Below are positions 9,888 through 17,602 of a stretch of DNA of 43,853 nucleotides, piece after piece. Source of the stretch: Deinococcales bacterium (GTDB taxonomy: Bacteria; Deinococcota; Deinococci; Deinococcales; JAAFIG01); NCBI GenBank assembly GCA_031414595.1, contig JANNVX010000078.1, positions 1-43,853 on the forward strand, in the 5' to 3' direction. The notes below the pieces were generated by a model. The model was not told where the DNA came from, made no database searches, and worked only from the letters and a program-made list of their open reading frames with translations. How positions within the stretch are numbered: position 1 is the stretch's first letter; each line of letters opens with the position of its first letter. The translations under genes were made by a program, and so were the position numbers.

Positions 9888-9929
9888 TCGGAAATTAGGC
9901 TCTTGGCACAACCCTATTAGGAGGTTTAT

Positions 9930-10055
9930 ATGCGAAAAGCAATTAAATTGGTACTGGCGCTCATGGCAATTGGTGGTTTTTTCTCGGTTGGATTTGCAGA
10001 CCCACTTTCTCATTTAGGTGGCGGCTCAGGTAATGGTATTGCATCTCGACCATAA
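9930..10055 (+). CDS. Small secreted propeptide, 41 aa (not in ORF track)
   Basis: AGGAGG RBS before ATG 9930. The sequence MRKAIKLVLALMAIGGFFSVGFA-DPLSHLGGGSGNGIASRP has a basic n-region, a hydrophobic h-region and a G-F-A signal peptidase I site. Confidence 0.8.
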   Translation: MRKAIKLVLALMAIGGFFSVGFADPLSHLGGGSGNGIASRP

Positions 10056-10172
10056 TTATCTTTTACTTAACATAGCGCAAAGTTCGTTGTTTTGCCAGAA
10101 ATTAAACCCAAATGCTAGAATTTACGTGTGGGGAAATTATTGCTTCTGGCACTGTGATGTAAAAGGAGACAA

Positions 10173-12062
10173 ATGAAAGTTCCGTCATTCCGTCATTCCG
10201 TCATTCCTAGTTTAGTTGGAATTGCCATGCTCACCCTCTCGAGTTGTAACCAAGCCCCACAAGCCGAAAAATCCCATGAACCGACACTACAAATCTCTTC
10301 AACCCAAAACACCTTCCGAAAAGGCGAGCAATTCAACTTAACCCTCGAGCTTTACAGCCCCGAAGATAGCAATGTCAGTGTTATTTTAGGGGCTTCAAAA
10401 AACATTGGTTTAGACCAAGACCAAATCCAAGTCACCATTGCCGCAGGACAAACCAAAACCCTAGAGTTGCACGGCACACCAAAACGGGCTGGGTACTACA
10501 ATATTACCGCCAATGCTACTGGCAGCCAATGGCATGAACCCGCCGCCGATATGCTTGGTTTTAATGTTGCCACCGATAACATCAGTGCCGCAAACGCAGG
10601 AGCTTACCCTCAAACAGCCTCTGGACTCGAGTCATTAGAGGCTCACCTCGAGAACTTACCTAAATTTACCAGTGCAGAAGAATACGCTAAACTCGAAACC
10701 GCGCAGACATTGGATGATGTTAAAAATCAGGACTATGTGCGCTTAGATTCAAGACTCGACAATGTGCGTTTTACTAAACTAGATGGTACAAAATCCGAAC
10801 CATTTAACACTGTTCTAACCTATTTACCTGATACGGGTAGTGGACAACCCCGACCAGAAGACCTTGTAGCACCAACGGCGGCGGCTCGAGCAAAAGCTAC
10901 GATACGTCCTCAGGGTTCAGGCTGCGGAATATCAGGAGCTTGGGCAACAGTCTCAGCAACTATTTCTTATGCTGGTAAAACAGTTTCCCTTCCCTTTACA
11001 AAAATTTCAGTTTGGGAAGAAAGTCCATGGTGGGCATCTGGGCTAGTTTCAACTGGATACACAGATGCCAATGGCAATTACAGCTTTCAGAAACCCAATT
11101 GCGATTTGGGAGCTTGGTGGGATTATAGCGGAGTAGACCTTTACTTTGCTTTAGAATCACTTGATAGCCGTGAAATTGGCGTTTGGAACATTATCAGTTT
11201 TCTGTACAGTGGAACTTATGGGGTGCGTACTGGCACTTACTGGGATACAACTGCCACATCTTTTAACATCAATTTTAATGCCGGTAATTCCGACTCTGAA
11301 AATGCCATGTGGTTATATCGTATGGTCCAAATGGCACAAGATTATAATGTTGAAGCCGGTGGAAATGGCGCAACTTACTTTCCGATTCGTATTAGCTGGC
11401 CCACACGTTTAGACCCAAGAGGGTGGTTTGCGAGTCCATATGTAACTTCTTTTGCTCCTGTTGCTAAACTCGAGATTCTTGGACCACATTGGCTATACCC
11501 ATACATTGCTTGGCATGAATTTGGTCATAACATGATGTATAGAACCTCTAAGCCAGATGAATATGCGACAGCCTATGCACAAGGTCCAAATTCTGTCTAT
11601 CTGCCACTATTTGCTTGGGGCAGTCATGATATAGACCTACAAGAAAATGTAGAGCTTGCTTACAACGAGGGGTTCGCCAACTATTTCTATGTCATGCTAC
11701 AAGATCGTTATGATTTTAATTTTAACACCTACACTACAGACTCTAAGTTTCGGAGTTGCAATTATTATCCATCATGTAACGCATATCCCATTGGCGATCA
11801 AAATGAATCGCGTGTTTCAACATTTATGTACCGATATACTCAAGAAGTTTTGAGACCTGCGAACAACGGCATTTCGGCTAAAGCAGCTTATGGTCTAATA
11901 CGTTCCAGTTTATGGAACGCTGGACAGTATAATCTGAGTTTTTCGACAGCATGGGATACGAAAATTAAAACCACGTTGCCTTCTATTTCCAACTTTCTAA
12001 CAGCTACAAAAGCAATCGCTGATGCTACTTATCTCACACTTACAGGATTACCAACACCATGA
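10173..12062 (+). CDS. Lipoprotein, predicted gluzincin-type zinc metallopeptidase
   Basis: Lipobox LSSC, HEFGH (HExxH) and downstream NEGFA third-ligand motif. AAGGAG RBS. Confidence 0.75.
   Translation: MKVPSFRHSVIPSLVGIAMLTLSSCNQAPQAEKSHEPTLQISSTQNTFRKGEQFNLTLELYSPEDSNVSVILGASKNIGLDQDQIQVTIAAGQTKTLELHGTPKRAGYYNITANATGSQWHEPAADMLGFNVATDNISAANAGAYPQTASGLESLEAHLENLPKFTSAEEYAKLETAQTLDDVKNQDYVRLDSRLDNVRFTKLDGTKSEPFNTVLTYLPDTGSGQPRPEDLVAPTAAARAKATIRPQGSGCGISGAWATVSATISYAGKTVSLPFTKISVWEESPWWASGLVSTGYTDANGNYSFQKPNCDLGAWWDYSGVDLYFALESLDSREIGVWNIISFLYSGTYGVRTGTYWDTTATSFNINFNAGNSDSENAMWLYRMVQMAQDYNVEAGGNGATYFPIRISWPTRLDPRGWFASPYVTSFAPVAKLEILGPHWLYPYIAWHEFGHNMMYRTSKPDEYATAYAQGPNSVYLPLFAWGSHDIDLQENVELAYNEGFANYFYVMLQDRYDFNFNTYTTDSKFRSCNYYPSCNAYPIGDQNESRVSTFMYRYTQEVLRPANNGISAKAAYGLIRSSLWNAGQYNLSFSTAWDTKIKTTLPSISNFLTATKAIADATYLTLTGLPTP
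10180..10207 (+). repeat. Octamer tandem repeat (TTCCGTCA)x3.5 just after the start codon
   Basis: Perfect units at 10180, 10188 and 10196, plus TTCC. Confidence 0.9.
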
Positions 12063-12634
12063 AAAAGACTAATATTTTTTTATTGGGTCTTGCTTTCTTG
12101 AGTGGACTATTTGGCTGTACACCTGCAAGTAGTAATACGCAGCCCAACCTTACATCTGACAAATTGACAATCAAAGTTGGAGAATCTGCCATCATAACCC
12201 TGATTGCTCCAACTCGAACCATAACTTCAAGCCCAGACTTACCAACACAAGTAAACGATACGGGATTTTTGTACACTCCTGACCCAAATCAACCAGTCAT
12301 GAACCCGAACCAAACCATAAACCTACAATCTGCTCCATACTTGCTTGATATAAACGGGGCTTTATCAGGACCAAGCCCAAGCGCATTCCCAATTAGCTCA
12401 CACCTGGAAGTGATTTTGCCAATAACTGGAAGTGATAACATACCTTCTCGAGTTACGGTTGCTCGAGAAGGCGACCAGAGCAAAGCTACCTTTACCATAA
12501 AAGGAAAAAGTCTTGGTACTGTTATTCTAAAAGGTGGGTTTTTAAGTAATATAGTTGAAGTTCCAAATAATTTCAAACGCACACCATTTGTACCTGTTTA
12601 TGATGGAATAGTCACTATTCAAGTTGTGCCTTAA
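12059..12634 (+). CDS. Lipoprotein of unknown function
   Basis: MKK + hydrophobic stretch + LFGC lipobox. ATGA overlap with the peptidase stop suggests translational coupling. Confidence 0.8.
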   Translation: MKKTNIFLLGLAFLSGLFGCTPASSNTQPNLTSDKLTIKVGESAIITLIAPTRTITSSPDLPTQVNDTGFLYTPDPNQPVMNPNQTINLQSAPYLLDINGALSGPSPSAFPISSHLEVILPITGSDNIPSRVTVAREGDQSKATFTIKGKSLGTVILKGGFLSNIVEVPNNFKRTPFVPVYDGIVTIQVVP

Positions 12635-12650
12635 AAATTTGTAATTTTTC

Positions 12651-12680
12651 GACCCCAAGAAACACTCTTGGGGTCTTTTT
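12651..12680 (+). terminator. Intrinsic terminator
   Basis: GACCCCAAGA-aacac-TCTTGGGGTC followed by TTTTT. Confidence 0.8.
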
Positions 12681-12754
12681 ATTCCTCGAGTCCTTACGCT
12701 TATGTTCACAAAGGGCTTTTCTTTGGCTTGGGCTAGGTGTACACTCGTTCAGTT

Positions 12755-14038
12755 GTGAGGAAAATCCTTTTTTGGCTGGTGCTGATGCTGGGGCTATTTG
12801 GTTTAGCTCGAGTGTCCGCCTTCCGCTCACCGCTCGAGTTGATTAGTCTAAACTCGCCCAAGACTGTGCGTCTGCAAGCCACACGCCCAGAAGCCAGCAG
12901 TGTGGTGGTCTACTTGCGGGTACGACGAGGCGACAGCATTGGTTCGGTAGCCAATCGTTTTGGGGTGACTCCAAGGGCGATTAAATTAGCCACTGGTATG
13001 ACCAAGAACACTATTTTGCCCGGTGAAATTCTTAAAGTACCACTTCTAAAAGCCGACCTCGAGCCGGCGCGGGTAGCACGTTTGCCGCCGGGTGCGTTTT
13101 GGTACACCGTCAGGCGTGGCGATACCCTGTCTACCATTCAGTCGCGCTATGATTTTACACAAATGGATTTGGTCAATGCCAATCCAGCCTTACGCAGCCT
13201 TGACCAAATTCGGCTTAATGAGCGCTTAATTATCCCCGGGTACAATTACGGGGCATATGTGATGCTCAAAGAAAATCAGGATTTAATGGGTGTAGCCGCC
13301 GACCATGGTGTCGAAATTGATGATTTAATTCGTGCCAATAATGCTGGCAATGTTGGCGCTTTGCGAGTTGGGGATTATGTGGTCTTACCGGGTGTGGATG
13401 CCGACGCGACCCTAAAACGACTCGAAGACAGGCGTGACGCAGAAGAAGCGGTGCGTATCCAAAAACGTTTTGAACTGGCTAAGGAACGGATTGCCGAAGC
13501 CCGTGCCGAAATTGCCCTACAAGCCAAGTCTCGAGCCGCCGCCCGTTTGATAGCCCAAAGCCAAGCCACCAAAGCCCGTGCGCGTCTACAGGTCGCCCAG
13601 CGCTCGAGTGCGTCGCAGGTGCGTCGTGCGACGGCTTCGTTTAGTTTTCCTAGTTTCCGAGGTGGTTATATCTGGCCGATGCGTGGCACAATTACCTCAA
13701 GCTTTGGGCGGCGTGGTTTTTGGATTGGCAGCAGTAATTTTCATACTGGTTTAGATATTGCCGCCGCTTATGGCACGCCAATTTATGCGGCTAAGGGCGG
13801 TTTGGTTCAGCAATCTGGCTATGGGTATTTTGGCTTGAATGTTTGGATTAATACTGGTGGTGGGGTGCAGAACATTTATGGTCATCTCAGCCGCACGGCT
13901 GTTTATGGTGGGCAGTATGTCGAACGTGGTCAACTGATTGGCTGGGAGGGATGCAGTGGAATTTGCACTGGTCCACATTTGCATTTTGAAATTCGGGTCA
14001 ATGGTTCGCCGGTCAATCCGTTGCGTTATCTGCCGTAA
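12755..14038 (+). CDS. LysM-repeat M23 family metallopeptidase
   Basis: LysM repeats (VRRGDS/VRRGDT), coiled coil, HTGLDIAA, YGHLS and TGPHLHFE M23 motifs. Start is GTG 12755 or 12737. Confidence 0.92.
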   Translation: MRKILFWLVLMLGLFGLARVSAFRSPLELISLNSPKTVRLQATRPEASSVVVYLRVRRGDSIGSVANRFGVTPRAIKLATGMTKNTILPGEILKVPLLKADLEPARVARLPPGAFWYTVRRGDTLSTIQSRYDFTQMDLVNANPALRSLDQIRLNERLIIPGYNYGAYVMLKENQDLMGVAADHGVEIDDLIRANNAGNVGALRVGDYVVLPGVDADATLKRLEDRRDAEEAVRIQKRFELAKERIAEARAEIALQAKSRAAARLIAQSQATKARARLQVAQRSSASQVRRATASFSFPSFRGGYIWPMRGTITSSFGRRGFWIGSSNFHTGLDIAAAYGTPIYAAKGGLVQQSGYGYFGLNVWINTGGGVQNIYGHLSRTAVYGGQYVERGQLIGWEGCSGICTGPHLHFEIRVNGSPVNPLRYLP

Positions 14039-14090
14039 TCCATCCTTTGTGTTATCTGCCGTAATCCATCCTTTGCGTTATCTGCCGTAA
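14013..14090 (+). repeat. 26-bp tandem repeat x3 copying the 3' end of the M23 gene
   Basis: tcaatccgttgcgttatctgccgtaa / tccatcctttgtgttatctgccgtaa / tccatcctttgcgttatctgccgtaa. Confidence 0.9.
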
Positions 14091-14143
14091 CAGTGTAGAA
14101 ATTACACACTGTCCGTTCTGATTTTCTAGTAAGCTGTTTCGAA

Positions 14144-14569
14144 ATGACGCAATTGATGCCATTAGCTATGCCAGCCAGAATTCCGCCACAGCCAGCCCCA
14201 CTGGTGGTCTTAATTGATGATGACCCAAGTGTCCGCAATAGCTTAGGCACTCTGATGACCCAACGCGGTTATCGGGTTGAATTTGCCAGCAGTGGCGTAG
14301 GGGGGATTAGTTTGACTTGGAGTCTCGAGAAACGTCCATTTGCTGTAGTCATTGATGTAATGCTGCCAGACATGGATGGTTTTGAAGTGGCTTCGCGGCT
14401 TTATCAAGGGGTGCAGAGTCGTGGGGTGCATTTAATTTTAATCACCACCCCACATGGCTTAAAGGATCGCCGTAAAAATCGGCGTAATCTTAATTTTTTA
14501 ACCAAACCATATCGCCCTAGTCAGTTGCTTGAAATGTTTGAGCGCCTGCTTGAACAAGACTCGGTATAG
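14144..14569 (+). CDS. Single-domain response regulator (receiver)
   Basis: VLIDDD, IDVMLPDMDG (phospho-acceptor Asp) and FLTKP motifs. Confidence 0.88.
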   Translation: MTQLMPLAMPARIPPQPAPLVVLIDDDPSVRNSLGTLMTQRGYRVEFASSGVGGISLTWSLEKRPFAVVIDVMLPDMDGFEVASRLYQGVQSRGVHLILITTPHGLKDRRKNRRNLNFLTKPYRPSQLLEMFERLLEQDSV

Positions 14570-14633
14570 TTTCCCGTGCGGCATTGCGAATAAATTGCGT
14601 ATACTGTGCTTAAGATGCTAACCGGAGCTTCAT

Positions 14634-15776
14634 ATGCCTAATGCTGTTTTTGACATTGTTTGCGATGCGCTGTCTCGGATTGTTTCACACCGAGCCGCCG
14701 AAAACATTGTCAGCGATGCGTTGCGTGGTGCTAAATTATCACCGCTCGAGGTTCGCCCCGAGCAAATGCAGGCTTTACTTAAAAGCGAGGTTTTTAGGCG
14801 TTTACAACAAATTATTCCAGTGGCTCAAGCCAAAGGTGAGATTCGTCAGATGTTAACCGCGCTTGAAACACAATTCACGGCGGCTCGAGCTTTTTCACCC
14901 GAAGTTGAAGAAGGTTGGTTAGCCTTACGTGATGAATTTCGTCGGGTCGACAATCAAACTTCGCCTCGAGCCCAGCGTTTGGCTAAAAGTATTGCCCAAT
15001 TGCCAGAATCTACTGACCCCGTGCGGGTCTTAAATGATTTATGGGCAGAATTGGATTTGTTACAGTTAGAATTATCGCCAAATCCAATTGCGCCTGCACT
15101 TGAATCTCGTTACCAAGGAGATTTACTGCTCGAGAGTGGCGAGTTTGCTTCACTTAATTTTGAATTGGATCATTTTGATTCTCTGATAGCCGAATCAGCA
15201 GAAGTACCTTTAGGTCGTCCGGGTGCAGTGACTTCACCTCGAGTCCATCAAGATGTCAATTTAACGATTGTAGATGAGCCCGTTCTACATAAGCAAGCTA
15301 TTCCTACAGCAGTACCGTCTGTTGTTCCAAGTTTTCAGTTGGAAAATACGCCCATTGCGGCACTTGAGCTAGATTTTGCCAGCTTGGTAGCTCCGCCCGT
15401 GGTGGTTGCACCTCTGGAAACTCCGCCCGTTCATTCAAATGGCAATTGGCTGGGGACAGCAGAATCCCAAGATGCTTTACTGACCCGATTTGCCGTAGAA
15501 GAAGGGGTGACAGGCGTATTGTTATCTAAACGCAATGGTGATGTAATTGCGGCTCGTTTGTCTCTCGGTAGCGCTAATCATTTGGCTGGAGTGGTGGCTG
15601 CAACCACGATGTTACTTGCCAAACGCCGCCATTTTCGAGTTTTTTATACCCATTTAGAAAGTGTAAGTGCTTTTATTGCCCCACTTGGTGATCAATTACT
15701 GACTGTCCTTGCCGATGCCAGTGTTAATGTCGGACGGGTCTTTACTGAGTTAGAATCTTTGAAGGAGACAGCATGA
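14634..15776 (+). CDS. Protein with C-terminal Roadblock/LC7 (MglB-like) domain
   Basis: C-terminal EGVTGVLLSKRNGDVIAA...LTVLADASVNVGRV resembles a Roadblock domain. The N-terminal helical domain is shared with 17602..20781. Confidence 0.7.
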   Translation: MPNAVFDIVCDALSRIVSHRAAENIVSDALRGAKLSPLEVRPEQMQALLKSEVFRRLQQIIPVAQAKGEIRQMLTALETQFTAARAFSPEVEEGWLALRDEFRRVDNQTSPRAQRLAKSIAQLPESTDPVRVLNDLWAELDLLQLELSPNPIAPALESRYQGDLLLESGEFASLNFELDHFDSLIAESAEVPLGRPGAVTSPRVHQDVNLTIVDEPVLHKQAIPTAVPSVVPSFQLENTPIAALELDFASLVAPPVVVAPLETPPVHSNGNWLGTAESQDALLTRFAVEEGVTGVLLSKRNGDVIAARLSLGSANHLAGVVAATTMLLAKRRHFRVFYTHLESVSAFIAPLGDQLLTVLADASVNVGRVFTELESLKETA

Positions 15777-17602
15777 CAAGGTTAAAGCTGGTGTTGGTTT
15801 GGGTTGCGTTATTTTTTGGTGCCGGTGCGAATGCGGCTGATTTATTAAGTGGTTATCAAGCCATCAATTCGGGTTTGCGTTCCGCCTCAACTTTACTTGG
15901 TTCTAATCCTCGAGCGGCAATCAATCAACTTGAATCGGCAAGGGATACCTTTAGACGAATCAGCCCAGAGATTCGGGCGCAAAAACTGATTCCTGGTGGC
16001 AATAAAGCCTTTGATCAGGCTCGCACTGCCATTTCTAGGGGCAGTCGTACCGACCTTGAAGCCCAAGGTTCACAAATTCAACGAATTTTAGAACGGGCGC
16101 TTTACGAAGAATTATTTTTTGAAATCTCAGCAAAACAAAAAACCGCTCCTTTGTACGCTGGCGTTTTAGGCAGGGCTTTTGAGTTGCCAAAAGCCCAACA
16201 AGTCGAATTAAAAAGCAGTGTCGCCAAAGGGCAATCCACTCGGGTTAGGGCGTTACTCGAGACTGGAATTGCTAATTTGATGCAGCGCAGTTTACAAAAT
16301 GCCAACCGCAATAAAAATCAAATTGCTTCGTTCTCGAGTACCGTTCGGGCTGCCAGTGCCTTCTTGGTGGTTCAAGATTCTCCTCGGGTGGGTTCGTTAT
16401 CGGTGGCACGTTTCTCGGAAACCCTTGGGTTACTTGCCAGTGGCGACCTTGGTGGCTACCGCAGTGGTGTGGTTGGTTTACTCTCACAAGTGACGCGTTT
16501 TGGTTCGCAAGCCCGGGCTTTACTCAACTCGAGTCGTAAGGTGGTCAGTAAGCCTGCGGCTAAACCAGTTGTTAAACCCGCTAAACCTGTCACAAAACCT
16601 GTTGTCAAACCAAAACCAGTCACAAAACCAGTGATAACAAAACCCGTTGCCATTGCTGCACCTGTTGTTGCCACAGCAGTTTTTAGTCAAATCAGCAGCG
16701 AACTTAGTAAAGCTGGTATTGCCAAACCCCAAGCCGAACGCTTAGCCCGTGATTTAAGCGAACAAGGCTATAGAAGTTTCTCGAGCGCCATAGATTCGGT
16801 TGGCTTAAAACTCTCCACTGCCTTATCGGACATTCAAAATGCCCGAATTGATTCTGGGCGCGAAGCCATTGGCAGTGCCAAAGCCGTCTTTAATCAAGCC
16901 GTGCGTCCTGTGGTGGCAGCTGGCGACCAGCGCCTTGCGACTCGAGCCAGCACTTTATTTGAAGCCACTGAAGCGGCTTATGGGCTTCGTCCTATTGATG
17001 TCACCACGCTGCTCGGCGAAGTGGATGCGATTCGCAAATGGTCTAGGGGCGAAGCAGCTTCGGGACTTCAAGAAATCGTCTCGAACGCCCAACCTTGGTG
17101 GATGGGTGGAGGGGCGTTGGGCAGTCTGGGCTTACGTGGCATTGTCTTTTTGTTGGTGGCTTTAATGTTTGCTTATCCGATTTATTTGTTGCGTTTGGCT
17201 TTTGGTGGTCGAAATCCATATTGGAATTACATCGGTATCGCCATGGTTTTGTTGTTTATCCCACCCCTGGTCGAAGGAATTGCTTGGCTCGGGTCTTTGA
17301 TTGCCCAAGGGACGCAATTACCTGAACCAGTTGAAAATTTCTTAAATGGTCTAACTTCTTTTTCAGTGCTGCAAAATCCTTTGGCGCAAATGACTTGGGC
17401 ATTTACTTTGCTTTTGACGGTTATTTTTGCCACCGCAGGTTTCCGTGGAATTGCGGCTCAGTTTGGGTTAATTCGCACCCGTACCCCCGTGACCGGAGAA
17501 GCGGTGAGTAACAGTTCAGCCACCAATAAAATCAGCAACCCGACCAACCCAACCAATGGCGGTACTGGACGTACCATTGTAGAATGGGATGAGGAATTCT
17601 AA
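15773..17602 (+). CDS. Membrane-anchored exported protein with KPV-rich linker
   Basis: Signal peptide (ANA-A), helical ectodomain, KPVVKP/KPVTKP linker and about 3 C-terminal TM helices. Translationally coupled to both neighbours. Confidence 0.75.
   Translation: MTRLKLVLVWVALFFGAGANAADLLSGYQAINSGLRSASTLLGSNPRAAINQLESARDTFRRISPEIRAQKLIPGGNKAFDQARTAISRGSRTDLEAQGSQIQRILERALYEELFFEISAKQKTAPLYAGVLGRAFELPKAQQVELKSSVAKGQSTRVRALLETGIANLMQRSLQNANRNKNQIASFSSTVRAASAFLVVQDSPRVGSLSVARFSETLGLLASGDLGGYRSGVVGLLSQVTRFGSQARALLNSSRKVVSKPAAKPVVKPAKPVTKPVVKPKPVTKPVITKPVAIAAPVVATAVFSQISSELSKAGIAKPQAERLARDLSEQGYRSFSSAIDSVGLKLSTALSDIQNARIDSGREAIGSAKAVFNQAVRPVVAAGDQRLATRASTLFEATEAAYGLRPIDVTTLLGEVDAIRKWSRGEAASGLQEIVSNAQPWWMGGGALGSLGLRGIVFLLVALMFAYPIYLLRLAFGGRNPYWNYIGIAMVLLFIPPLVEGIAWLGSLIAQGTQLPEPVENFLNGLTSFSVLQNPLAQMTWAFTLLLTVIFATAGFRGIAAQFGLIRTRTPVTGEAVSNSSATNKISNPTNPTNGGTGRTIVEWDEEF

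Noticed and set aside
9805-10017. 70-aa ORF in the track over the regulator-peptide intergenic region
   Set aside because: It has a GTG start without RBS and overlaps the regulator. The 41-aa ORF at 9930 has a strong RBS and a signal peptide.
9930-10055. Peptide as a RiPP or bacteriocin precursor
   Set aside because: No modifying enzyme or dedicated ABC/C39 exporter is adjacent and the leader is a Sec-type signal, so this is down-weighted though not fully excluded.
16545-16650. AAACC-rich DNA repeats
   Set aside because: They are explained by the KPV-rich protein linker.
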